Of a stretch of DNA of 64,000 nt, positions 37,373 to 49,300 are shown piece after piece. Below the pieces are notes generated by a model. That model did not search any database and was not told the DNA's origin. It saw only the letters and a program-made list of their open reading frames with translations. The DNA lies in the NCBI GenBank assembly GCA_017654855.1, contig CM030333.1:3782001-3846000 (forward strand), written 5' to 3'. How positions within the stretch are numbered: position 1 is the first letter of the stretch; every line of letters starts with the position of its first letter. The translations under genes and the position numbers were made by a program. This DNA comes from Podospora anserina (Eukaryota).

Positions 37373-37515
37373 CTTAACATTCATTTGGGAATTATCTAAA
37401 TAAAAATTTCAATGCGTCTGCAAATGCTTTTTTTTTCGTCTCGAGCCGCTTAGTTATTCATCTAAGCTTATATTATGCTTTCTTCTTTAAGCATCTAAGC
37501 AGACACACTTTGACC

Positions 37516-38445
37516 ATGGCATCAACTTTTCTATCTAAGCTCAATATTGAACATGTTAGTTTGGAAAATCTCTTATTTTTAAAATGATATAGAATTGATG
37601 TCTATCAACAGCTCACTGCTATTTGCAAAATAGCGTGGTAAATACACAAGTAAATACAACGACAAAAGGCGTTAGGTCTCAAGTATTCAAGTCATGATGC
37701 AGAGAATTATCCATAGGCTCATAGATCTAAGATTGAAGCTTTGGAATGGTTTTTGCAAAATCCCAAGGATAAGCAGCATTTTCAAGAGCTTCAAACTGCA
37801 GATATAAAGGACACAGGATATGTGACGATATGTAGAAGATATGCTAGCAAGCTTTTCTGGAGGAGATAAGCTATGGAGCATAGTAAAGTTGGACTTGTAA
37901 AAAAGACTCTGTTGTTTTGTTATTGCTTCTAGTAAAAAAAGTTCAAATCTAGAAGATATCACCCACATGTGAAAAAAAAGAAAAAGGAAAAAGGTCTTCA
38001 ACAGACCTCTGGAAAAAGCTATTGCTGTCACGGTCAGAAAATCGATTACTGCTGTGAAGAAAAATAGCTATTACTACGGACGTTTTCGCGATAGGTAGAA
38101 GCGCGGATGCATTCGTTGATATGGTTGCTCACTATTAAGTCAAAATTAACTTGCGATATGTTTGTGAATAAGATGCTTCTGGTATTTCCAAATAAAGTAA
38201 AAATAAGATAAGCGATTGAGGTGCGGTGTTGCTTTTGCCTCGTTCGTGGCCCAAACACTCATTGCCGTCTCGGGCACCTCCATTGGGTGCGCAGGCGAAG
38301 AATGTATCTCCCGCAGTGACTGCATTGGGCCCTGAAACCAAAAGCAGTCTCGCTAGGAGAAGGGCGGTAACCAGATTGTCTCACGTAAAGTTCACCATTA
38401 CATAAGACAACTACTCCATTGTCACGAACTGTGATGCTCACAGTT
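37516..38445 (+). pseudogene. RIP-mutated and frameshifted ORF of unknown function
   Basis: ACC-ATG-GCA start. MASTFLSKLNIEHVSLENLLFLK*YRIDVYQQLTAICKIAW*IHK*IQRQKALG...EALEWFLQNPKDKQHFQELQ...FWRR*; the stops fit C-to-T changes. The frame shifts after about 37950. Confidence 0.5.
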
Positions 38446-38898
38446 AAAAGCCGGTGAAGGTCTGACCCATACAGGTAAGCAGCTCCAGGTTAAAAAGAAC
38501 AACCTCATCTGAAGGGTTCATCTCCCCAAGGTTGAACCTTGTACCTCGACACAACAGAAGGCGGTAGAGCAGATACCTAGGCGTTCATTTTCTCCCCCTT
38601 CTACCCGCGAAGAAAGCTAAATGCCTATGAGCTCATAGCTTATTGGAGGTGAGACAGATAGATTTTGAACAATCCTTGAGCCACATAACCTGAAGCTTCC
38701 TACCCAGCTTTTGATGCCTTGAAGCAGAGTTCCCTGGCGTAGCAGTCAGTTTGGCACAACATGAAGACCTTGGGCATTATCGGGATCTGAGGTTTCTCTC
38801 CTGATTTGCGTTACGACCAACGACCAGTTCTGGTCTACCATACACAGCTTGACCAGAACCAGCAATTCACTGCACCACTCACTACCTCACTCACAACC

Positions 38899-39348
38899 AT
38901 GGCAATATTGGCGTCCACCACCACAACTAGCACCAAGGGATCTGCCCTCGCCGCGAGAGTAACCCTCCGCGGCGTGGAATTGGGACTTCAGTTGAGACTC
39001 TTCAGCTTTACAAGCACAAAGACCGCAAGAGATACCACAAGTCGAGGCCTAGAAGATTCAACAGATCCATCAGCTCGAACCAGGCCGTCAAGTCAACGAG
39101 GTACTGCAGCAGTCCCGTGAGTACCCACCCACGTCACAGACAGCACATATAACGAGGAGGACCAGGTCATCAAAGAGACCAAAGCCAGGATAGGGGCGAA
39201 GCAGCAAAAGCTGGCAGGCCTGGAGGAAAAGGACCAGCGCATGGCGGATGAAATCACCCGACAGAACATTGAAATAGGAAGAAGGCTAGCCGGACTGGAG
39301 TGTCCTGTTTATGATCGCTATTGCGGACAACCTCGAGCTCGTATCTAA
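38899..39348 (+). pseudogene. Possible small coiled-coil gene, frameshifted
   Basis: CAACC-ATG start. A downstream coiled-coil-like segment (NEEDQVIKETKARIGAKQQKLAGLEEKDQRMADEITRQNIEIG) lies in another frame, with no normal-sized intron joining them. Confidence 0.3.
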
Positions 39349-40079
39349 GTATCGGCAGAGTACATGGGTAGGTTGCCTAACCACGCACACAGCTCTTCAT
39401 TCCTTAAGCTCTTAGCTGACCATCTTTGAAGTTTCATTAGCCCCTCTCGCGGTCATAACTCACCCTCGGCGGTTCACATCCACTTCGGGGAAGAGAAGGC
39501 GCCATGATATCAACAACCCAGGCGGCGAATTGCTCAACAAAACCCATAATAAATGGACGAAACGGGGAACTTCACACATCAAAGGGATCTCGATAGCAAA
39601 TAAAACAGAGTACAAGTCTGCCTGCTTTCTATTTACACCCCCTTTGACTCGATAATATTTCGTATCAATAAAAGGACAAAAAGATATCAATAATAATAAA
39701 ATAAGAAAAGATCCTGCTCATAACCCGTCACAAATAAACATACTCCCTTCTGTAGGGCATCTTTCTCGATCCTCCATATCAACCCAATCTTGTTTAACCC
39801 TTCTCCAGAAAGAACCGAAGCAAGAAAAAAGAGAAACGAAGCAAAGGGGGACAGAAAGTGGTATTCAACTTGGTTACACACACACACCAAACACCAAACC
39901 CCATCAGCATACCAAACGTCCAAAGGGGTAGTAGTAATCGAATAGAAAACGACACAAACCACAAGTCCTTCTTGATCAAAATTCTCATCAAACACCCTTT
40001 CTTTCAAGAAACCAAAACAAAAACGACATGGATATCAAAAACTGCAAAGCATGAAAAAAAAAAGAGAAATAAAGAGAGA

Positions 40080-41168
40080 TTAAACCGGACTTTGCGGCAA
40101 ACTAGCCCCCACCATCAACCCCCCCCTCAAATCCCCACTCCCTGTCCTCCTCAACGCCTGGCTCATCGTCTCAATACTCAACTCCCCGCTCACGGTCGGC
40201 CCCCCCGCCGCACTCAACCCCAAAGGCGGGATGCCATGTCCCATCAAACTCGTCGGGCTACCGAGCGGCTTCCTCGCCGGGCTGAGCTCCAACCCTTTCA
40301 CACTTCCACTCTTACTGCCCGGATCACCCGCTGATGACGACACCGGCGACCTGATTGGGGAAGGCGACCGGTTGGCGTTGTTGTTGAGCGAGGTTAACGA
40401 GGTCAGTCCGGGGATGAGCATGCTCTCCCTGCTGCCGGCTACTCCGCCAAAAGACTGCTGCTCGGCTTGTACTACATCCGCAAACGAGATGAATGACAGC
40501 CTGCGGACATCAGTCGTGTCAAGACTGCCGTAGTTGCTTGCGCTGTCGGGGTTGGTGGGGCTGTTGCCTCGGTCAAGGGAGAAGGCCGCGAGCTCGTCGA
40601 CCCATGTTGGCTCGTTGTAGCCGCCGCCGCCGCCGGTGACGGTTACGGCGGCGGGCTGATGGGAGGCGTGTGTGATGATCTCGACACTATCTGGGTTAAG
40701 GTGGGTGTCTGTGATGGCTTCGGAGGAGGCGTCAAGGACGGGCGGGATGTAGTTCTCGGTCTGAATATGGGAGGGGATCGCAGGGGAGGTCGGGAGCGCG
40801 ACGGCGGACTCTTGGACGTTGCGCTCAAAGATCTGGCTGCCCGCTGGGGACGCAAGACGTGGAGAAGAGGCGAAGGGTCGGCTGGGAGAGGACGGGGTGT
40901 AATGGGTGTGTTCTGTGCGGATAGGAGAGGCAGCGGTTCGTCTTGTTGGCGAGGAGGTTTTTTCATTAGTAGACGGTGATGCGACTGTTTTGGAGGTCGA
41001 TTTGATGACGTCTTCTACTTTTTTCTTGCCGAACCCAAAGAGACCGCGCTTCTTGGTCTTCTTCTCATCTCCATCCGCGCGCGGGGTCGCATCGTTTGAG
41101 CTTGGGATGGGTTGAGTGGGAAAAGGGACGGGTTCCCCAGTAGAGATGGTTGCTGAAGCTCCGGCCAT
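40080..41168 (-). CDS. Ser/Pro-rich hypothetical protein with an RRLSFISFADV motif (362 aa)
   Basis: GCAACC-ATG-GCC start and an open frame to 40080. Probable 5' UTR intron at about 41622-41372 (GTATGA...GCTAAC...CAG). Confidence 0.8.
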   Translation of the reverse strand: MAGASATISTGEPVPFPTQPIPSSNDATPRADGDEKKTKKRGLFGFGKKKVEDVIKSTSKTVASPSTNEKTSSPTRRTAASPIRTEHTHYTPSSPSRPFASSPRLASPAGSQIFERNVQESAVALPTSPAIPSHIQTENYIPPVLDASSEAITDTHLNPDSVEIITHASHQPAAVTVTGGGGGYNEPTWVDELAAFSLDRGNSPTNPDSASNYGSLDTTDVRRLSFISFADVVQAEQQSFGGVAGSRESMLIPGLTSLTSLNNNANRSPSPIRSPVSSSAGDPGSKSGSVKGLELSPARKPLGSPTSLMGHGIPPLGLSAAGGPTVSGELSIETMSQALRRTGSGDLRGGLMVGASLPQSPV

Positions 41169-43909
41169 GGTTGCGATTTTGCGAGTTTCGTCTTGCAGTT
41201 CGTAGAGAGTTTGGAGAATGAAGCGCAGGTCGAAGTTGGTCGCGATTCGGGGCTGTTGGCAGGTTAAACGGGGGAGCACCGGGTGGATCAATCCCAGTGG
41301 GATGGCTGCTTGGTGGAGTCAGGGACCTTGGTGGATTCGTTCGATAAAGCTTCCAAGTCTTCTCTGAGAATCTGGATGCGACGCCAAACCAGGACGTTAG
41401 CAAAACACAGCCTCAGCAAGTCGTCTGAATACGTGGTTATTGAAATTTTGTCAATCTCGGCAGAACGTTGCGGTGGGGGTAAAAAGCAAGTGTCGCGATA
41501 AAAAAAGAGACGGCCTGTGAGCAATGCGAATTTCCCGATTCGCCGCGAGTATATCGATTGTGAAGTGGTCTCCGCCGACGAGACCAATGGAGCAGGAGAC
41601 AGGAGATGGGGATGCGGTCATACCTGATCACGGCTGGCGGTGCGACGCAGAAAGAAACAGCTGAGCAAGACGAGGGAGTCTAAAGCGTCTGGAATTATCT
41701 GGCGCGGCGCATTCGGGCCCAACTCTGCTCCCGTCGACCCGCTGCTATGCTGCTATGCTACCGTGCGGGTTGCGAGAGCAGCAACGAGAGCTGGAGGTTT
41801 GGGCAGCTTCTATTTGAAATGTCGGTTGGGCGCAAAAGCTGTTTTTAGCGGACGGGACGGGAAACAAGTTCAAGGGCTGACGGGTTGTCCTCGTCGTCGG
41901 GTCTGGGCCTTTTTGCCTTTGTTCTTGTGAGTCTTGGGGATTGTGATGTCGGGCGGTTGCCGAGGTGCGCTCAAATCGTGATCAGCAGGGAATGACGATG
42001 CTTGAGCTCGACGAGTCTACACAAAAAGGAGGGGAGAGCCGGACCGGGGTTTTAAGACGTAATGCCGTCCCACGCCGGCGCTGCCAAGATCTGATTGGAA
42101 CCTGGAGGAATGTGTCTTCCTTCTTGTTTTGGGTCCGAGAGGGATGTGATGGGCATATCTATTTGGACTTTTTGTATCATACAAATGCGCCGACCGTCCG
42201 ACCCTTTTAAGCTATCCCCTCCCTTTCCTTCTAGTAACCTACCCTTCGTGCAGTCAGTCAGCGAGCGAGCATTGAGGCCACCCCTGACCAGACTGCTGTG
42301 CATGGCCGTGGCGGCGGCTCGGCACCAGCCAAAGCAGGAACTGGAAGACTCGGTACATGATGTTCAACAGGTTTTTGGCGTGACAAAGTCAAGTGATGTT
42401 GAGTGGGCAAAAGCCCGCTAGGCCAAGTTTCCCGGCTGATGGACGAGCAGAGACCCCTCCTTCTTTGATCCCTCGACCCTTGACCCCTAACTGTCCGTGA
42501 GAAGGAAAAAGGAGTTCAAGCTGGAACCGGGCATGCCCCATTTGTCTGTCTCTGCGACATGTGCGAGGTTCAAAGACACAGGGACGGCAAGCGATTGGTG
42601 CGATCCAGCCATTGTGTTGCATAAGTCACTGTCTCTGTCCAAGCTTCCCAATGGTGGGGTTGTGACCGATAAGGGGCAGTCACAGTCAGGCAGCTTACAA
42701 GCTGGTTGCTTTTATTTGGGTCTTTTTGTTGAGATTTTGAAATGCTGGATCACTAGTATTATCTTTGTTGTAATGTGTGCGGACTTACATCAGCCGATAG
42801 AGGGTAAACAATGGTGGCTGGATATAAGGTGATGGTGATAGCCTGATGTGCCCCTCACCAGTCACATTGAGATACGGCACTCTCAGACGAGCTGGCCGGA
42901 CTATTTTTGAAGGGATGAAACCAATACCCCTGAGATGAGCCGTTCGTATCAACTACAGCCCGAAGAATTCCCGTGTACAGTGAGGCAGGTGATCCTTCCC
43001 GTCAGGAGTAAGGCGCACATAAATTGAGGGACCAGATGTTTTCTGGAAGTCTGCAAACTGTGTACCAAATGTCACGTTCAACAGGTGCTATCTGAGCATC
43101 TTCGTAAGGGTACTGACATTCCCCCCCTGTCAGCCGCCGCGCCAGCTTCGCGGACGGTCATTTCCTTTTGCTTTAATTCTCTATGCGACCAGGCATCACA
43201 CAAATCAGCGCCTCGGTATGCTCGGCGCCGCAACCACGCGAGTGGCTTACGTAGCTGTTGTCTTTAACCACCGGGGCGCGTATAGCGTTTTACTTCATGG
43301 GTTCTGCCTGGCAGGTAACATCATAAAATTCCGGTCTCTTCAGACTTGCGACAGCGCTGTTCTGGGAGATGAAGCTGACCGATGTTGAGCATGGTGTAAG
43401 TGGGATACGTTACCAAGTGAAATTGCTAGGATGCCTAGCTAAAGACTAATGCCGAGCGGAGACTCTATTCTTTGGGCTTGTTTGCTTTGTCGAATTCTGG
43501 GCCTCAGTTACATATCCCAAGCAAACCGCTCCCGTGACTGACAGTCCGGCGGTCTCGGAGCAGGTCGACCGGAGCCGGCTTACTCCACCCCGGGCCCGGG
43601 TCTGGGGGAATGGTGGAGATCGACCCGGGCTCAGTGGTGATTGGTTTGACCGTCCCAAGCCGTCGAGCCAAGCCCGAAGCACTGACCTCCGGCGACCCAA
43701 AAGCTCAATTGAACCACGTGACCGAGCTTCCAACAACTGCCGGGCTCAAAAAAAGTTATCGCGACTCCAAATCGCCCAGCTACCCGGCCGATGAGAAGGA
43801 GGAGAGGGGACCGCCGCCGCACGACATAACCACCACACCTCCGATCCCATTCCCGACGAGGTCCACCCACTTTCTCTTGTCGGTCATTTCAGTCTAACCC
43901 TCCGTCAAA

Positions 43910-44593
43910 ATGGAAGCAACCCTCTCCCGCCCAGCAGCTCGCTGCTGCTGTCTCCTCAAGACCACCACCCCTTCCACATCACGACTCCCCCCCCTCCTAA
44001 GTAACCAGCAACAAACCCGCCAAAAGTCCACCCGCGCCCGCCACAAAGCCTCCCTCAACATCCCCCCCCACCCCTCCTTCCTCTCCAACCCACCAGCATC
44101 ATCCCAGACAGGATCAACAACCCTAATCTTCAACCCCCCCTCCTCCGCCCCCTCCGTCTTCCAGACCCCCTTCAAGTTCCTCCCCAAATCCGATCCCCGC
44201 CGCCGCGCCACCCTCGCCAAGAACCTCTTCTCCTCCTCCGTCACCACAAACTTTGCCTCCCAGCCGGTAGACGTCTCCTCCCTCCCCACCATTTTCGACG
44301 ACCGGTCCCCCGCCACGACCCCCAAGAACCACTCCCTCACAAAAGAGGACGTCGAGGAGATGCGCCGGCTGCGTCTGGCCGACCCGATAAAGAACTCAGT
44401 CTTGAACCTGGCGAGGCAGTTTGGCTGCAGCGTCATGTTCGTCATGATGTGCGTCCAGGCCGGCAAGGAGCACAGAGACAAGGTTCACGTCGAGCCTCAC
44501 GCGGCGGCGAGGGAGAGGTGGGGTCCCAAGAAGAGGCAGGCCAAGGAGGAGAGGAAGAGGAGGATGGAGATGTTGATGAGGGGAGAGATTTGA
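43910..44593 (+). CDS. MRPL20: Mitochondrial large ribosomal subunit protein mL58
   Basis: Intronless, 227 aa, with a mitochondrial presequence. FNPPSSAPSVFQTPFKFLPKSDPRR, HSLTKEDVEEMRRLR...LARQFGCS and RWGPKKRQAKEERKRR. Confidence 0.88.
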   Translation: MEATLSRPAARCCCLLKTTTPSTSRLPPLLSNQQQTRQKSTRARHKASLNIPPHPSFLSNPPASSQTGSTTLIFNPPSSAPSVFQTPFKFLPKSDPRRRATLAKNLFSSSVTTNFASQPVDVSSLPTIFDDRSPATTPKNHSLTKEDVEEMRRLRLADPIKNSVLNLARQFGCSVMFVMMCVQAGKEHRDKVHVEPHAAARERWGPKKRQAKEERKRRMEMLMRGEI

Positions 44594-44761
44594 AAGCCTG
44601 GATCAAGGCAAAATCAAGGCAAAATCAAGGGGTGTATATACAAAGAAAGCGAGGAGCCGGTTTCGAAAAAGGGTATCTTAACGGAATGTTTGTCTCATTG
44701 GGAGGAGGGGAATGGAAGGAAGGGGAAATAGCATTTCTGTACGATAGGGACACATCACATG

Positions 44762-44763
<2 letters not shown>

Positions 44764-44800
<37 letters not shown>
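44764..44800. repeat. (TC)18 microsatellite between convergent 3' ends
   Basis: Perfect TC dinucleotide run read directly. Confidence 0.95.
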
Positions 44801-44803
<3 letters not shown>

Positions 44804-45215
44804 TTGGGGATATACAAAAAAGGAGGCTTCACTTTTTCTGGGAATCATAGAAACGCGGAGACGACGAACCTTTGATACCACAATACGGGTTGAGTGGGTT
44901 GATGGGTGGATGGACGAGCAAGCAAAACATACCCCAGGGCGCAGGCAGTTGTAAAAACAAGCACAAAAATGTTCAAATGAGCAGCTCGGCCACGGCTGTC
45001 ATCGTGCTGAATCAAATTTGTATAATTCAGTAAATATACTTTGTACCAATGTGCCTCCCCTGGGTGCTGAATCACTTGCCCCGCTGGATACTACCACCTG
45101 TAGAGAGAGGTACTGTCAATCTCACCCTGTGCACCACCGCCGCCCTTCCCCCAATGACAGCGCTGATATATAAATATCCCAGACTCTAAATTAACAACGC
45201 AGTAACGCCCCCTTT

Positions 45216-46876
45216 TTATGCTGCCTCCTTCCCCTTGCCCTTGTTTTTACCCCTCCAAGAACTAATACTGTCCTCATCCTTCCAATCGCTGGTCCCATGC
45301 CTGTCCAGCTCGTAATCACCCTGCGCAGGAATGACTCGCGAGCACCATCCACACCAACTCCTCCTCTTACCTTGAACCTCCCTTCCCAATACCTCACCCT
45401 TCAGCCTCTCCTCGTCCCATTCTGGCACGCAAGCCCCAACCTTGACCCTTTTGACCGAAATCTTCTTCATAACGCCCCCGATACCCTCGACTTCGTGTCT
45501 CACGTACCCAACCTTCATAGCTGGGGATGGCGTCCTGCGCATGTGGTCTGACCCTGAGCTCAAAAGTCCCCCCAAAGTATTAGAACCCGAGCCGCCTGTC
45601 GCATTGCTAGCCAAGCTACTGAGACTAGCATTGCTGGCAGCAGATAGACCCGACGCCATCGTCGAAGTAGAAGCACTGCTACCACTTCTAGAACCGAGCC
45701 CTGCGCGAAGCCGGTCCTGTTGAAGCTGCTGGTCTGCCGCCTCCCGAGCGGCCTCGGCATCATAGTCCGTTTCCTGCTCAACCTCACGGGCGCCGCAACA
45801 CTGCGAGTTACGACCGCACTGGACCCCGCGGTCACCATCACCGATACCCGTTCCTAAACCACTGAGGACATCGGTGTATTGGTTGCGCCACTTCCAGACG
45901 CTGCCACGGAAAACATGTGTTAGCATGTGGAATTTGTAACGGGAGCGTGTGCCAACTATACCTTTGGTAAGTGTTATCTTCGTTTCTGATAGACCTTCCG
46001 CACGGGAAACACAGCCAGACCCCAGAGGAGCCGCATTGGCAGATGGCGCGCTGCATATCATCCGAATCGATGCGGACCTCGGGGCGCATTGGGGGCTTGA
46101 CAAGCTGACCTAGGGGTGCCTTGACGCATTTGGTGCAGAGACGCCGATGTCGATCTCGGAGCACGATCTGAGCAGGTGGTTTGATAGCGCAATTCTGGTA
46201 TTGATACAGTCAGGGGGTTGTTGCAGCGGTTAAGATCAAGCTTTGCGAACTCACCCTGCAAACGATTGTCCCACATCGTCGACAAGGTCCCACCATGTCT
46301 CGTGCACATTGCCCTGATTTGCCCTGGAAATCCGTCCTTGCGGAGGAATCTTGCCCGTAGTACCAGTTGGCAGAGCGCGCTCGAAAGCGTAGTGTGTCTT
46401 GCGGGTCAACAGTGACGTCTTCGAGAGAGCATCGAAGCGACGAGTTGATCAGTCCTCTGCGATCCTGCAGCAGAGCGCTATGTAATATGTGGCATGTGCG
46501 GGAGAGGCTGTCGAGGGAGTTCAAGTCCAGGTTCCTGGCCACTGATTGCGCGATCCTGGAACCAGTCAGTACTTCCTCACCCCCCTCGATACGCCGCCGA
46601 GGGGAAGGGTTGGTGATGGTCTTGAAAGGACGACGTGTTTGAAAGGATTGAAAAGAAAGGGTGATTGCCGGCCTACGGATAACATCCCAAAGCCTTGGTC
46701 ATAAGGTGGTCCTGATTCAGAACCTCCTTGACGGCATACTCATGAGCCTCCTGGTTGTCCTTCTTATCTGTGCTAACACCTTTCGCCTGGTGAGCTTGAG
46801 CTTCAGTGGCATTCCACACCTGCCCATCTCTTTGGGACTCGATGTCCTCGTCGTCCAATTCAACAAAGACAGCCAT
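45216..46876 (-). CDS. Hypothetical protein with an F-box-like N-terminal motif and multiple CxxC zinc-binding motifs
   Basis: Exons 46876-46677, 46555-46255, 46194-45962 and 45900-45216 join in frame. CYPIAQSVARNLDLNSLDSLSRTC, CARDMVGPCRRCGTIVCRNC, RHRRLCTKC, CQC..VWLCFPCG and WCGWCSRVIP. Confidence 0.8.
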
Positions 46877-48119
46877 TGTGATAGATCGCGCTCAGGGGAA
46901 GGAAAAGGGGTGGTGTCGGGTTCAATGATGATATCGGCGCGATAGCGATGATGCGGTGACCAGGAGGGTTCTCAAAGACCCGGAATCGGAACGGGAGATG
47001 AAGGAGTTGCAGGCAAGGCACAGGGAGGGAACGCACAAAGACAATAACAGGGGAAAAGGAGAAACGTATCACTGAAGAGGAAAGGATAGATGTGCCATTA
47101 TCAAGCCGTGAATGTAAACTCTGGCAACATGATATAAGTTGATGCCAGTTTGACGTGTACACCAAGCAACGCTTGTAGCTTCCAGGTAGAACGAACCGTT
47201 GTTTGGGGGAGGAGCCCGGTAGGGACCCCACTCTGGGTAAACGACCCCGTCACCGGGATGCAGGAGCAGCTAAAACAACCCCACCTTGGCCAACTGCTAA
47301 GGATTGGCGGGGTATTTGCCCACGTCACTATCACGACCGTTGCTGCACCTGGGCATGTGACGTTTGCGACTTTGCTGGATCTGAACGCCATTGAGAGATA
47401 TCTTCAAGACTATGATGGATTAGACGCAAAAAACTCTGCCGGGGCACGTGGCTCATGCCCCGGAGGAACATTGCTGTTGCGTACAGCTGTTACGTACCTT
47501 GGGAAATCTACCCCTCATAGCTCTTGCCTAGTTGTTGGCACGGGAACTTTACTATCTATATTGAGTTTTTCGAGACCCGGCAGTCTGGAACATCCTTTCC
47601 CCAGTGAGGCGTCCTCTAGAACTACGATCGTCCTGGCGCCATGAACAATCCACGTTGTTCTGCGCGTCGAAGCTTCGAACTTGGCCCCCATGTCTTGATT
47701 GTGGCACATGACCGAGTCTCTTGAATTCTTCACCGCACCACTCTGATTCACCGCATCATGGTACAGTTCTTCCTTACCTTGTGTTATGTTGCCAATGATA
47801 AGTCATGGCTAGAGCAGGTACAGTAATATGCTGGGCTGGATACCCCCCTCCGTCAGGTATGTCCAAAACAGATGGATATCTCCTCTTACTTGATCGCGCG
47901 GAAGGGCCAACATGTGATTTGTAGACCATGCCTACAGAGATCATTCTTGAACGAAAGGTTCTAAAGGGACATCTGGGCCAGCGTTGTCAATTCGGGATAC
48001 ACTACCCGCCATTCTCGCCTGGCGTTGAAAGCCTCTGTGCCTCTCGCATCAAATCGACTAAATCTTCTCATCAGCAACCACTCCCAAAATCTGAATCAAC
48101 TGGGAGTTAAGCAACGCCA

Positions 48120-49300
48120 CAGTCGATATCCATCACCGTTCATCTTGCTCATGTGGTTACACAGCAGAGATTTGGTACCTATCAGCTTACTGGACACAAT
48201 CCTTTACCCGCAAACAGCTTACCGTGCAGGTCGAATGCCATGTTGGAGGACCCAGAGCCGTCGATGAATCCTGCCGATACGAGAATATTGTTGCCGGCAT
48301 GAGAATGCTGTCCCTCCGTGATTGGTCAACCTGACAACCAGGTCCTGTCAGCTCTTCCTCACCTGCAGAATTTGGCAGCATGGTAACACGCACCGCATCA
48401 CTCGATGGACCGAAACTCACTCACTCGAAAGTCAGCAAATCAAAGCCGAGACCTTCAGCAACTTGAATTGGAAAAGCCTTGCTTTATCGCTAATTTTCCC
48501 GATATTTGTCTGCCGTTTATCTGCGGGAGTAGTCCGTTTTGGCGAGGAGCAAACGCTCTCCCTGTCGGCGATCCGTTTAACAAGCCAGCACGTATCCTTG
48601 CCATCCAGGTTACTATCTTTATCCCTAGTCGGTTTGCCGTCGATCATATTGATTAATCGGTAGTTACCTACCTGGTGCGTGGGACTCCAGGCTACAAAGC
48701 CCCTAACAGTTGACGATAATTGTACACCGATACACTCATTGTTTACTGGCCTCAAGCCTTCCCATCACCATACACTACGGCAGCTCTTATCCAGGCACTG
48801 TGCTTGTAGAGACGGATCTCACCTCAGTCCCAACCTGAACAACACTCACAAATCCGAGCTTATCGCAAGGCGCCATGGACCCATGCACACCCCATTCCAA
48901 AGCTGCAGTAGACGGTATCTGAGCACACTGGCCTGGAAATGCGGCTATCGCGAAGTGGTACCAGTGCTGCCGTGGCTTTTCAAACCACAAGAGGCGTTGT
49001 GAAGCAGGGGTGAAGACAGCTGAACCGCTCGAGCGCAGGCATGGAAAGCTTGAGCATGCAAGATTGGTGGCTGTCAATGCCCCTTTTCAAAAGACAGAAT
49101 CAATATTCACAACCTGGCAAAACGGCGCTTGACGGGACACGCCTCAGTGCCTGGTTCATCTTTGCGTTTATCAATCTACCGCAGTACCAACAACTGTCAC
49201 CATCGTTGCCAACAACAGCGATTATTCCGCCTTGAATGCCAAGTGCTGAGCCGAAGGACATGCATTGCAGTGATGCGACAACGGACTCTCGGTCTTCGTA
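48120..49300 (+). pseudogene. Possible decayed CoA-dependent acyltransferase (transferase/TRI101-like)
   Basis: Fragments in shifting frames: DLVPISLLDTILYPQTAY, ANALPVGDPFNKPARILAIQVTIFIP and SSYPGTVLVET. No intact HxxxD or DFGxG motif was seen. Confidence 0.25.

Larger units (their letters stand above)
35690..38450. mobile_element. Degenerate, RIP-affected element relic of unknown family (boundaries approximate)
   Basis: AT/TpA-rich island with two divergent stop-riddled ORFs, repeated 14-bp motifs, a 31-bp tandem array and an internal duplication. No TIR or TSD was identified. Confidence 0.55.
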
